From positions 64,001-128,000 of the forward strand of contig CBDFJG010000001.1 in assembly GCA_965248445.1 (NCBI GenBank): DNA of 64,000 nucleotides, in the 5' to 3' direction. The notes below the pieces were generated by a model. That model was not told the origin of the DNA. It saw only the letters and a list, made by a program, of their open reading frames with translations, and ran no database searches. The stretch is from Planctomycetota bacterium. Lineage in GTDB: Bacteria > Planctomycetota > JAJSAM01 > JAJVHW01. The position numbers and the translations under genes are program-made. This document shows positions 10,507 through 21,683 of the stretch, in pieces (within the stretch, counting starts at the first letter, position 1; each line of letters starts with the position of its first letter).

Positions 10507-10767
10507 ATGGAAGACTTCCGTTCCGAGGACCAGAAGACGGCCGATGAGCGGCTCGTCGGAACGTGGTGGCGGTGCGCGACGCACCGACTGACCGAAGCGC
10601 CGATCCTTCTGGGCAGCATCGCGTACTGTCCCAACGACGAGTGCTCGAACCAGGTCAAGCTGGTTCATTCCTCCATCAACGATCCCAACGCCAACGCCCA
10701 GGCGCGGAGCGTCTGGCGTAAGTCGAGCGACCTGTTCCTCGCGCCCGTCAAGAAGGCGAAGAAGTAG
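10507..10767 (+). CDS. Small hypothetical protein with possible Zn-binding residues
   Basis: GGAG RBS; 'CATH...YCPNDEC'; coding-like codon usage. Confidence 0.55.
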   Translation: MEDFRSEDQKTADERLVGTWWRCATHRLTEAPILLGSIAYCPNDECSNQVKLVHSSINDPNANAQARSVWRKSSDLFLAPVKKAKK

Positions 10768-10926
10768 CGGGGCTGCTGCTCCTGCACGCCCGGCATCGCG
10801 TGGGCGTCTGAACTCTGACCGGCGGCCAATCCTCCGGCGCCGCCTAATCCTTGGTCGGTGCCGGGGCCGATCCTACTCTCCGCCCGCTGTGAGTCCGCGC
10901 CTCGCGCCGGGCTCGTGCAACACGGC

Positions 10927-11001
10927 TCCGCGGTAGCTCAGTGGTAGAGCGGCCGGCTGTTAACCGGCGGGTCGTAGGTTCGAATCCTACCCGCGGAGCC
11001 A
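10927..11001 (+). tRNA. trnN: tRNA-Asn (GTT)
   Basis: Acceptor stem TCCGCGG/CCGCGGA, D-arm TAGCTCAGTGGTAGAGC, anticodon loop CTGTTAA, T-arm GGTTCGAATCC, encoded CCA. Confidence 0.97.
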
Positions 11002-11491
11002 ACCCCACCCCGCCCCGAACGGGGGCTCTCGGTGGTTGACGCAGCGTGCCCCGGCTCGCGTCCCGCCACGCTTCGCGTAACCCGCGCCGCCCTCGGCACT
11101 TGCACGCCCGCGCGCACCGGGCCGCGATTCTCTCTTCCGAACCCGCGAGCCCCGGGGTCCGAGGGCAACCCCGGGGGTTGGCCCCGGCCCCCAACCGCAA
11201 CCCCTCTCGAACTCTCCTTCTCTCTGGTTTCGGATCGCCCTTGGTTAACGGAAGGGTTGCCCGCGAAGACCGGGACCCGGCGTTTCGAACTCGCTTCCGG
11301 TATCTATCTGTTGAGGCCGTCGCGGCACCCCACCGCGCGGTCCCGATCCACCAGACGACGAACCGGCCGGGACGCCCGGAGGACGCCGTGGGTGCCGCGC
11401 CCCGCGGGCCCGCGCGGTTCTCTTCGCCGGTCCAGGGTAGGCGGCCCCCACCGCGTCTGACGGCGCCTCCGGCAACGACCGGAGACGAGCC

Positions 11492-11755
11492 GTGCAGGAC
11501 CCGTTCGACCCCAACCTGATGACGCCCGAGGAGCGCACGCGCGAGATCGCGGAGCTGCTCGCCACGGGTTACCTGCGACACCGCGAAATTCGCGCATCGG
11601 GGGCCGTTCCCGGCGATCACGCGGACATTCTCGCCCGTGGGCCGGAATCCCCCCGTGAACCGGAGAACGAACTGGATGCGCCGGGAGACCAGAGCGTCCA
11701 TGCAACCCGCGCCGACGGGAGTCCCCCGTCGGCAGAACAGGAGGCATGGACATGA
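11492..11755 (+). CDS. Small hypothetical protein upstream of DUF2924
   Basis: GGAG RBS then GTG; amphipathic 'MTPEERTREIAELLATGYLR'. Confidence 0.5.
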   Translation: MQDPFDPNLMTPEERTREIAELLATGYLRHREIRASGAVPGDHADILARGPESPREPENELDAPGDQSVHATRADGSPPSAEQEAWT

Positions 11756-12263
11756 AGTACACGATGGCAGCAAGGATCGCCGCGCTGCGGGAGATGACCG
11801 TCACGGACCTGCGCGAGAAGTACCACGAGGTCTTCGGCGAGCAGACGCGGTCGCGTCACAAGCACTTCCTCTTCCGGCAGATCGCGTGGCGGATGCAGGC
11901 ACTCGAGATGGGCGACCTCTCAGAGCGCGCGCGGCGCCGAGCGGCAGAACTGGCGAACGACGCCGACGTGCGCGTGCGCGTCCCGAGCGGCGCGTTCCGC
12001 GCGGGGCTTGCGTCCCACGCGCGAACCGCGACGCACGCCTTCGGTCGCGCTCACGACCCGCGCGTCCCGATGCCCGGGACGATCCTCACGCGCGAGTACA
12101 AGGGCCGCGTCCTGCGGGTCACCGTCCTGGACGAGGGCTTCGAGTGGGAGGGGCGGGTCTACCGCTCGCTCAGCGCGATCGCGAACGCCGTCACCGGCTC
12201 GCGCTGGAACGGCTTCCTCTTCTTCGGACTGAAGAAGACACCGGCGGCTGCGGGAGGGGGGCG

Positions 12264-12267
<4 letters not shown>
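11746..12267 (+). CDS. DUF2924 domain protein
   Basis: 'LFRQIAWRMQ', 'PGTILTREYKGR...GFEWEGRVYRSLSAIANAVTGSRWNGFLFFGL'; AGGAGG RBS; coupled to the recombinase. Confidence 0.88.
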
Positions 12268-13742
<1,475 letters not shown>

Positions 13743-13746
<4 letters not shown>

Positions 13747-14183
13747 GCCGGGGAACCGAGACCGCGCCGGACTGGACGTTCGTCACCAAGGTCCACTTCA
13801 AGAGCGGAGACAAGGGCCGCAGGCGACTGCGCCAAGGAGCGGTTCCGCCGCCGGTGCCGGTGATCCCCGGCCGCGTCCCCCGCATCACGCGGCTGGTGGC
13901 ACTCGCGCACCGCTTCGCCGGGCTCATCGAGTCGGGCGAGGTCGCGGACTACGCCGACCTCGCGCGCCTCGCCGGGGTCACGCGGGCGCGGATCACGCAG
14001 ATCATGAACCTGCTCCACCTCGCCCCGGACATCCAGGAGGTCCTGCTCGACCTGCCACGCACCGCCCAAGGCCGCGACCCGTACCACGAGCGGGACGTCC
14101 GCCCCATCGCCGCGATCCCCGAGTGGAAGCGGCAGCGGGCCATGTGGCAGGGACTCAGCACGCGCGCGAAGGGAGATCGATGA
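13743..14183 (+). CDS. Recombinase-associated HTH-like hypothetical protein
   Basis: 'DYADLARLAGVTRARITQIMNLLHLAPDIQE'; ATGA overlap with the recombinase. Confidence 0.78.
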
Positions 14184-14497
14184 TGCGCTACGGACCCGAG
14201 GACAAGCTCTGGATGGTGACCGACCCCACGCCCGAGTCCGAGGAGGCCGACATCCTCTTCGAGACCTCGCTGGCCGGGCTGGAGCGGCAGTTCAAGGGCG
14301 GGCTCACCGCCACGCAGAACCCGACGCTCTTCACGGACCACGCCGAGGCCAAGATCGAGGCGTTCGGCCGCATGGTCGCGATGCGCGCCGCGCGCGCCAT
14401 CGTGCGGCGGGCCGCCGACGGCACTCCGATCGAGCGTGCCGAACGGATCGAGATCCTTGACGGGGACGGGAACGTGCTCTTCGAGGCTGATCTGTAG
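14180..14497 (+). CDS. Hypothetical protein
   Basis: GGAG RBS; ATGA overlap with the previous gene. Confidence 0.6.
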   Translation: MMRYGPEDKLWMVTDPTPESEEADILFETSLAGLERQFKGGLTATQNPTLFTDHAEAKIEAFGRMVAMRAARAIVRRAADGTPIERAERIEILDGDGNVLFEADL

Positions 14498-14721
14498 TCG
14501 GCACTCCCGCGCCCCGTCCCCTGTCCCCGGCGGTCTGTACCCTCGGTGCCCCCATGTCGAGAGACTCCGGCCCTCTCGATCCGGACCGCATGACACGAGT
14601 CTTCATCAACTGTTACCCCGACGGACCCTCGTCGCCGCAGCTCGCTGCTGGGACGGGTTATCGATTCTCGGCGGCGCTCGCTGCCTCGATGTCCGGGGGG
14701 CCTTGATGTGAGGTTTCGATC

Positions 14722-15878
14722 ATGCAGTACACGCCCAAGACGTTCTTCCGCCTCGTACCGAAGGACCTGCTGCGCCGCTACTTTGCGGACCGCAACGAAC
14801 TGACCGACTTTCCCTGGGACGAAGCCGAGGACGGAGGCGATGTCGCGCCTCTCTTCGAAGCGTGGCAGGAGTTGCCACCAGCGGAGCGCGCCGAGACCGA
14901 GAGCGCGTTCCGGGCGGTGTGGGATCTGTCGTCAGCCGACGGGGCGCGAATCCTGATCGAGGAAGGGGAGTTCCACCAACTCGATCTGGCGACAGCTCTG
15001 GACGCGCTCGACGGCTTCCAGCACAAGGCTCTGTGGGTGTACGTCGAGCACCAGAGGGTCTTCCGGGTAGCGCACGACATCAACCACGCGGACAAGCTGC
15101 ACCGCAGGTACTGGCGCACGCGCAAGGACATGCCGCTGAAGGAACCGGACGACAGCACCGCGATGCTCGAAGCCCTGGGGATGGCGATCTCCGCGTTCTA
15201 CCGCGAGCAGGGCCGAGGCTACGACTGCCGCGTCGAGTGCTATCTGCGCGGGGGAAGGCGGCACTACTACTTCGCGTACCCGTCCGACTACACGGACACG
15301 TTTGTCGGCTACGACGGGAGCGGCCGGTTCGTCCGACGTGCGCAGAAGCCGGCCTTCGAGGTCGTGTTCGTGTACGACCCGATTGACGGCACGCTCGATC
15401 TCTTCGCGCAGGGTGGCAAGAAGGTGGGCCGCCAACTCCAGGAGATCTTCGGTCGCGTGATCCTCGGCGAGGAACTCGGCCCCGAGAATCGCGTGGTCAC
15501 GCCGTTCGAGCTTCACGGGCTCAAGAGCCGGGACTTCGCGTTCCCGACCGACCCGGCTGACGGCATCATCGAGGTCCGCGTCAAGGCGCTGCGTCTCGCG
15601 ATACTTGGCGGGAGCCGTCGCGTGACACTGGAAGTGGACGTCGGGGGCGCCAGGAACTGTACGAACTAATGGACGTGATCCTCAACGCGGAGAAGGTCCC
15701 ACTCTCCAACCTGAACGTCACGCTCGCCACGATCCAGATCGTGTTCGCGCAACAGAACGGACGCCCCAAGACACTCACGTTCAACGTGTCCGCGCCGGAC
15801 TCGTGCAACCTCAAGGACTCGCCCGAGCATCTGAAGGCGAGGGAGTACCTGAAGCACTGGGGCATCGCGCGTGTCTGA
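14722..15878 (+). pseudogene. Phage-associated hypothetical protein split by a frameshift at ~15660
   Basis: ORF 14722..15669 is followed immediately by 15669..15878 with continuous globular character and no clear RBS for the second part. Confidence 0.6.
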
Positions 15879-16806
15879 CGCGCTGCCGCGCGTCCTCCAG
15901 CGAGCCGAGATCCCCGGCGCCGTGTTCACGGGCGACGAGTTCTTGCGCTGGCCAGATCCGCTGCGCGCGCACCTGCTGGAATCCGGGCTCCTGCGGAGCG
16001 CCGTCAACGCGGCGTCCGTGGCATGTGACGCATGCGGTCAGGACCACATCGAGGAAGTGCAGTACATCGTCTCCCCTGCGGGAAGCGCGGCTCGCGCCTA
16101 CATCCCATGCCCGGAGAACCTCCGGATCCACGTCGATCCGCAACGTCTGCTCCAGTGGGACGTTGACCTGGCGGCGCTGGCCCGAGCGGTAGCCACCGCG
16201 CTCTCGTCAAGCGGAGCGGTGACGGAGCTGGTGCAGGGACGCCTGTGGCGGCTCGGGCGATCCGCTTTCGGGAGCCGAACGCGCGACGTCTTTCTTGCGC
16301 GCGGTGCGTCGTGGAGCGACGGGACTGACGCGCTCTCCGAGGTCCCGCGTTCTCCGGCGTTGCCGCCGCTGGTGCTCGTCACCGGCACGGTTCCGAAGCA
16401 CTCGCCACCGGTCGACGAGCCGATGCACATCGTGCCACTCACCGATGTTGCGCGCCTCAACGGTGCGAGGCTCACGGTGGATCGCGACGCGATCACCACG
16501 ACGCTGTCCGCCGGATCGGTAGGCGCTGCAGAGACGGTCAACGCGAGTCCCCTGGACGACGACGGCTGGTATGCCAGTTCACGCATCGCCAATGCCTACG
16601 ACATCAGCGCGGACGCCCTCCGAAAACGCCTTCAGAGGTTCCGGCACGGCAACATGGACGGGTGGAAGGACAACGATGATCGCCGCCGGAACGAGCCGAA
16701 GCATCTCTACCAGCTCAAGGCTGTGATGCCCGTGGTCAACGCTCTTCGCGCCTCGGCCCGGCGTCCGACGAACGTCCAGCGGAAGAAACCCCGCCGCCGC
16801 GCCTAG
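15871..16806 (+). CDS. Hypothetical protein with Cys/His cluster and C-terminal HTH-like region
   Basis: 'CDACGQDH...YIPCPE'; C-terminal 'SSRIANAYDISADALRKRLQRFR'. Confidence 0.7.
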   Translation: MSDALPRVLQRAEIPGAVFTGDEFLRWPDPLRAHLLESGLLRSAVNAASVACDACGQDHIEEVQYIVSPAGSAARAYIPCPENLRIHVDPQRLLQWDVDLAALARAVATALSSSGAVTELVQGRLWRLGRSAFGSRTRDVFLARGASWSDGTDALSEVPRSPALPPLVLVTGTVPKHSPPVDEPMHIVPLTDVARLNGARLTVDRDAITTTLSAGSVGAAETVNASPLDDDGWYASSRIANAYDISADALRKRLQRFRHGNMDGWKDNDDRRRNEPKHLYQLKAVMPVVNALRASARRPTNVQRKKPRRRA

Positions 16807-16844
16807 GCTCGCGAATCGACCGTCGCCGCTGGTCGCGGCGCCCA

Positions 16845-16856
16845 GTGGACGTCCAC
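16845..16856. promoter_or_regulatory. Perfect 12-bp palindrome GTGGACGTCCAC (operator-like)
   Basis: Intergenic, just upstream of the sigma factor/primase operon; function inferred. Confidence 0.4.
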
Positions 16857-16896
16857 CGACAACAGGCGCCTCGAGGCCAAAACTACGCTGCCCACC

Positions 16897-17274
16897 GTGA
16901 AGACGAACTCACGGAGGCAGCACATGCAGCGACAGGAAACGGCGGGGCGCTCGATCTCCAAGCGCACCCTCTCGACCGAGCGACGGCGGCTCGTCGAGGT
17001 CATGCAGGACCTCAACTTCGGCCGGATCGAGGGGGTGGCCGTCCGTGACGGTGAGCCGGTCTGGGATCCAGCACCTCGGACGCTGCGCGACATCCGACTC
17101 CGCAAGAGTCGCGGCCCGCACCGGATGCGTGGAGCGCCGGAATTCACGCTCAGGGCCGAGGTCGTGGAACTCCTCGAGTTCTTCGATCGGGAGCGATCAC
17201 TTCTGATCGAGACGCTGGACGTGCAGCACGGCCTCCCCCATCGCATGGTGGTCGCATGTCCGGGGGGTGAGTAG
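16897..17274 (+). CDS. Phage hypothetical protein
   Basis: 'LVEVMQDLNFGRIEG..VRDGEP...LDVQHGLP'; alternative start ATG 16924 after GGAGG. Confidence 0.7.
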   Translation: MKTNSRRQHMQRQETAGRSISKRTLSTERRRLVEVMQDLNFGRIEGVAVRDGEPVWDPAPRTLRDIRLRKSRGPHRMRGAPEFTLRAEVVELLEFFDRERSLLIETLDVQHGLPHRMVVACPGGE

Positions 17275-17276
17275 TC

Positions 17277-17888
17277 ATGCTCAACTCCGCACCGGCACCG
17301 CAGGTCTCCGACCGCGACCTAGATTTGGTCCGTTCACGCATCGGGCGCGCCGTCGGCCGTGCAGGACTGACTGGCGCGGATCGAGACGACCTCTCGCAGC
17401 ACGCGTTGGTCGAGTTGTGCCGCAGGGCCCACCGATACGACGCGGGCCGCGGCCCTCGCGATGCCTTCGTCGCGAACGTGGCACTGAACGCGGTCGCCAA
17501 CGTCGTCGAACGCCGCTGCGCAGCCAAGCGGGACTGGCGGCGCTGCCGAGTCTCACTCGATGACGAGGTGCTTACAGCATCGGGCTCGCGCTTGCCGCGA
17601 GTAGCCACAGTCGCCGACGACGAGCACGCGGTCCGGACCCGAGGCGCACGGCTGGGCCCCGTTGAACGCGCGGATCTCCGGCTCGACATGGCGACGGTGC
17701 TCGCCGGACTTCCCGAGCGCCGACGCCGCGTCTGCTGGCTGCTGATGCGCCTGAACCCCACCGACGCGGCCTGGGAGTTAGGGATTGCGCGCGGGACGCT
17801 CCACGAGATCGTCCGGCGGATACGCGAGGAGTTCGAGCGGGCCGGTCTGGACGCCTACGTCAACACATCCGCGGGAGGCCGACGATGA
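17277..17888 (+). CDS. Sigma-70/ECF-like RNA polymerase sigma factor (element-encoded)
   Basis: Region 2 'DRDDLSQ...YDAGRG...FV'; region 4 'LPERRRRVC...DAAWELGIARGTL...IREEF'. Confidence 0.78.
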   Translation: MLNSAPAPQVSDRDLDLVRSRIGRAVGRAGLTGADRDDLSQHALVELCRRAHRYDAGRGPRDAFVANVALNAVANVVERRCAAKRDWRRCRVSLDDEVLTASGSRLPRVATVADDEHAVRTRGARLGPVERADLRLDMATVLAGLPERRRRVCWLLMRLNPTDAAWELGIARGTLHEIVRRIREEFERAGLDAYVNTSAGGRR

Positions 17889-20368
17889 CCGCCGATCCGC
17901 TCGCGATGGCAGCCCTCGCCTACGCCAGAGACGGGATGGCCGTCCTTCCGCTCCACTCGATCGAGAACGGCGCCTGCACGTGCCGAAAGCCGGGCTGCTC
18001 GTCCCCGGCGAAGCACCCGCGAACCCAGCACGGGTTGAGCGAGGCGTCGAAGGACGAGGACACCATCCGACGCTGGTGGGAGCGGTGGCCGTCCGCCAAC
18101 GTCGGCATCGCGACGGGAGCCCTCTCGGGGATCGTCGTCCTGGACGTTGATCCGAAGAACGGCGGCGACGACGGCCTGGTCGGACTGCGCGAGGAGTACG
18201 GCGACCTGCCCGCCACTCGCACCGTGGCCACCGGCGGCGACGGCTCGCACTTCTACTTCCGCCATCCCGGCGTCGAGGTTCGCAACTCGGCTCAGCGCGT
18301 CGGACTGGGACTCGACGTACGGGGCGACGGGGGCTACGTCGTCGCCCCGCCGAGTCTTCACGCCAGTGCCCGGAACTACGAGTGGCTGAACGACCTGGAG
18401 CCGGCACAGCTGCCGGACTGGCTCCTCACGGAGATGCAGGGAAAGCGTGCTCGTACGAAGGAGCGCAACCCGCCCGTCGCGGGCGTCGGCGAGTCGCCGT
18501 ATGGGCGCGCCGCCCTGGACCGCGAGTCGGCCGACGTGTCTTCCGCGCCCGAGGGAACCCGCAACGACCGCCTGAACGCTGCGGCGTTCTCGCTCGGCCA
18601 ACTGGTCGGTGGCGGCGAACTGGAACAAGGCGCCTCCGAGGCGGCCCTACTGGACGCCGCCCTCGCGTCGGGGCTCCCCGAGTCCGAGGCGCGACGCACG
18701 CTACGCAGCGGCATCGAAAGCGGGATGCAGGAGCCGCGCACAGCGCCGTCCCCGGAGAACTACTTCACGCCATCCGCGAACGGGCCCGGCGCAGATGACG
18801 ACGGACCTGCCGAGCCCCGGCCCCGCGGCATCCTCTGCACCGACCTGGGAAACGCGCGACGGCTCGTCGTCCGTCACGGGAAGGACCTCCGGTACTGCGC
18901 GTCGCTCGGCTGGTTCGTGTGGGACGGGCGTCGCTGGAAGAAGGACGAGACCGGAGCGGCGATGCGCCGCGCGAAGGAGACGGTCGAGTCGGTGTGGGAC
19001 GAGGTGAAGCGCGCGGGCACGACCGAGGAGCGCGATCGCCTGGTGAAGTGGGCCATCCGTTCGCAAGCCGCGCAGCGCCTCACGGCGCTCCTCTCCGTCG
19101 CGGCCACCGAGGCGCCCATTGCCGTCACGACGGCCGACTTCGACAGCGACGCCTGGGCGCTGAACGTCCGGACGGGCACGATCGACCTGCGGACCGGGGA
19201 ACTCCGTCCCCACCGTCGCGAGGATCTGATCACGAAGATCGCGCCGGTGGAGTACGACCCGGCCGCGTCCTGCCCGGTGTTCGAGCGGTTCATCGGTCAG
19301 GTCTTCCAGGAGAAGCCCGACCTCATCGGCTTCGTGCAGAAGGCCTGCGGCTACGCGCTGACGGGCGACGTCTCTCACCAGGTGCTCTTCTTCCTCTACG
19401 GCGAGGGAGCGAACGGCAAGAGCACGCTCATGGACGTACTGCTCCACGTGCTGGGCGAGTACGCCTCGCCGGCTGCGCCCGACCTCCTCCTGGCCCGGCG
19501 CGGCGAACGCCACCCGACCGAGATCGCCGACCTCTTCGGGAAGCGTCTCGTCTCCTGCGTCGAGGCCGGTGAGAAGCGCGGCTTCAACGAGGCGATCGTG
19601 AAGTGGATCACCGGCGGCGACCGCCTGAAGGCGCGCCTCATGCGCATGGACTTCTTCGAGTTCCCGCCGACGCACAAGGTGTTCCTCAGCGCCAACCACC
19701 GGCCGCGTGTCACCGAGACGGCGCACGCATTCTGGCGCCGCATCCGGATGATCCCGTTCAACGTCGTCTTCAGGGACCGCCCCCCGGGCGCAACCGGCGA
19801 TCCGGCACCGGGTGAGAAGGATGCGCGGCTCCCGGAGAAGCTGCGAGCCGAGGCGGCCGGAGTACTGCGCTGGGCGGTCGAGGGTTGCCTCCGGATGCAG
19901 TCCGAGGGGATCGACCCGCCGCAGGAGGTCCGCCAGGCCACCGACGACTACCGCCAGGGCGAGGACCTCATCGGCACGTTCCTGGGCGAGTGCTGCGTCC
20001 GTCGGGACGGCGCCCGTTGCGGGAAGACCGAACTCTACAAGGCGTACGTTGCGTGGACCGAAGAGGGGGGCGAGAAGCACGTCGCGAACCGCGGCTTCCG
20101 GGCCTACCTGCTGCGCCACGGTGTGGTCGAGAAACGCGTCGGCAAGAAGAGGTTCTGGAGCGGGATCGGGCTGCTTTCGGACCACCCCGGAGACCCCGCA
20201 GGTGACGCGGTGACGCGGGGTGACGGCAATCTCCGTATGACGGGAGAATCGTATGCGCGCGAAGGCGTCATACCGGATTCGGCGTCACCTGCCGTCACCG
20301 CGTCACCCGCACCCAGAAGTCCCTCTCGCACAACGCTTTACGACGACGCCATGGAAGTGCCGTTCTGA
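17885..20368 (+). CDS. Bifunctional primase/polymerase fused to P4-family D5 helicase
   Basis: Prim-pol 'ANVGIATG...VVLDVD...H.YF...DVRGDGGYVVAPPSLH'; D5_N 'TDLGNARRL'; SF3 Walker A 'GEGANGKST'. Confidence 0.93.
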   Translation: MTADPLAMAALAYARDGMAVLPLHSIENGACTCRKPGCSSPAKHPRTQHGLSEASKDEDTIRRWWERWPSANVGIATGALSGIVVLDVDPKNGGDDGLVGLREEYGDLPATRTVATGGDGSHFYFRHPGVEVRNSAQRVGLGLDVRGDGGYVVAPPSLHASARNYEWLNDLEPAQLPDWLLTEMQGKRARTKERNPPVAGVGESPYGRAALDRESADVSSAPEGTRNDRLNAAAFSLGQLVGGGELEQGASEAALLDAALASGLPESEARRTLRSGIESGMQEPRTAPSPENYFTPSANGPGADDDGPAEPRPRGILCTDLGNARRLVVRHGKDLRYCASLGWFVWDGRRWKKDETGAAMRRAKETVESVWDEVKRAGTTEERDRLVKWAIRSQAAQRLTALLSVAATEAPIAVTTADFDSDAWALNVRTGTIDLRTGELRPHRREDLITKIAPVEYDPAASCPVFERFIGQVFQEKPDLIGFVQKACGYALTGDVSHQVLFFLYGEGANGKSTLMDVLLHVLGEYASPAAPDLLLARRGERHPTEIADLFGKRLVSCVEAGEKRGFNEAIVKWITGGDRLKARLMRMDFFEFPPTHKVFLSANHRPRVTETAHAFWRRIRMIPFNVVFRDRPPGATGDPAPGEKDARLPEKLRAEAAGVLRWAVEGCLRMQSEGIDPPQEVRQATDDYRQGEDLIGTFLGECCVRRDGARCGKTELYKAYVAWTEEGGEKHVANRGFRAYLLRHGVVEKRVGKKRFWSGIGLLSDHPGDPAGDAVTRGDGNLRMTGESYAREGVIPDSASPAVTASPAPRSPSRTTLYDDAMEVPF
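20201..20307. repeat. Palindromic iteron-like array (putative replication origin) in the primase 3' end
   Basis: GGTGACG at 20201, 20209, 20219; GTATGACG at 20235 mirrored by CGTCATAC at 20266; CGTCACC at 20283, 20293, 20301. Confidence 0.75.
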
Positions 20369-20904
20369 TGCGGGGCGCCGAGACCGCCCTCGAAGCCCCG
20401 TCGGTGGACGGCTCGCCGGGCACCGCAGGTGACGCAGCCGTCACTCTTTCGACGACCCGGGCGCCCTGTATCGCCGCCGACTCCAGCGGACAGCACTGCG
20501 TCCTCGGTCTGCTGCTCGGTGTGGCCTGTTGCCCGGACGGGGACTGCTCCCAATGCCAAGAGACCGGCGAGCGGATGCGCCGCAGCGGGTTCTCCCTGGC
20601 GGCCGTGGCACGGTCCCACGCCCGCTCTCGGCGCGGCCTGCTCGCGGTCTGCCCGACGTGCGGCTGTCCGCCGCCGCCCGCGCCGGACGTGATGCCGCCG
20701 CTGCCGCGCCTCGACCGCTCGACGAAGGTGCTCTCGGGTTCACCGTGCTGCCGCATCTGCGGCGCGTCGCTCAAGCCGCCAAAGCGCCACTACTGCTCCA
20801 ACGAGTGCTGGCTCGAGCGCCGCCGCGACGTGGAGGGTTGGGGACAGAACGGTCACCGCCGCTCGCCGGCTGGGGTCACGGCGCACCGCATCCGCAGGGC
20901 GTGA
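20368..20904 (+). CDS. Cys-rich hypothetical protein (Zn-finger-like)
   Basis: Several CxxC motifs including 'CRICG...HYCSNEC'; the start is uncertain. Confidence 0.5.
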   Translation: MRGAETALEAPSVDGSPGTAGDAAVTLSTTRAPCIAADSSGQHCVLGLLLGVACCPDGDCSQCQETGERMRRSGFSLAAVARSHARSRRGLLAVCPTCGCPPPPAPDVMPPLPRLDRSTKVLSGSPCCRICGASLKPPKRHYCSNECWLERRRDVEGWGQNGHRRSPAGVTAHRIRRA

Positions 20905-20961
20905 CCGGGATGACGACCGACCGATTGGCACGAGGCTCCGTACGCACCCACGCTGGACCCA

Positions 20962-21339
20962 ATGCCGCATCGACCTCCCCACGGCTGCGCCCAGCCCGGC
21001 TGCCCGGCCCTCGTCCGGCGCGGCGCGCGCTGCCCCGACCACGCCCGCGCGCTGGCCAGGGAGATCGACTCCATGCGTCCGTCGGCCGCGCGTCGCGGGT
21101 ACGGACACGGGTGGCGACAGATCCGTGCCGCCCGCCTGCGTCGCCACCCGCTCTGCGTGGTGTGCGAACGCCAGGGCCGCACGGTCCCAGCGACCGACGT
21201 GGACCACGTCGTCGCGCTGCGGCGCGGCGGCACCAACGCCGCGAGCAACCTCCAGTCGCTCTGCCACTACCACCACGCCAGCAAGACCGCCCGCGAGGAC
21301 GGTCGCTTCGGCCGCAGGCCACGGAGTGCCGCACGATGA
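20962..21339 (+). CDS. HNH endonuclease (packaging-associated)
   Basis: 'HPLCVVC...ATDVDHVV...GG...NLQSLCHYHHASKT'. Confidence 0.92.
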   Translation: MPHRPPHGCAQPGCPALVRRGARCPDHARALAREIDSMRPSAARRGYGHGWRQIRAARLRRHPLCVVCERQGRTVPATDVDHVVALRRGGTNAASNLQSLCHYHHASKTAREDGRFGRRPRSAAR

Positions 21340-21683
21340 CCCGCTTCGCCGTCCCGCTGCACGATCTCGAATGCATCTGGCGCACGCCGATGGGCGCCGC
21401 GCTGGTGGAGTCCGTACTCGACGACGAGGGCGAGGGCGCGGTCGTCACGATCCGCGGCGGCGAGGCGCTGGCCCTGACCGGCAACCCGCCGCGTGTGTCC
21501 GCCCTGGTGGCCGGACTACTGCGCGCGCGGCTGCCGGGGCCACTCGGTCGCGCGGCCCGCGTGTACGCCAACGAGGGCCGCGGGTGGCGAAGGGTCAGGA
21601 AGCCGCCGCCTGTGCTGGACCTCCCCGATGACCCGCCGCGCTTCGACGACGAGGCGCCGGAGGAGGCGCTCCTCCATGTCTGA
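21336..21683 (+). CDS. Hypothetical protein
   Basis: GGAG RBS, ATGA overlap with HNH, stop overlaps the MTase start. Confidence 0.55.
   Translation: MTRFAVPLHDLECIWRTPMGAALVESVLDDEGEGAVVTIRGGEALALTGNPPRVSALVAGLLRARLPGPLGRAARVYANEGRGWRRVRKPPPVLDLPDDPPRFDDEAPEEALLHV

Noticed and set aside
20201..20307. CRISPR array or other spacer-containing repeat
   Set aside because: Units are 7-8 bp, inverted and without unique spacers; no cas genes or CRISPR-like arrays were seen anywhere in the window.
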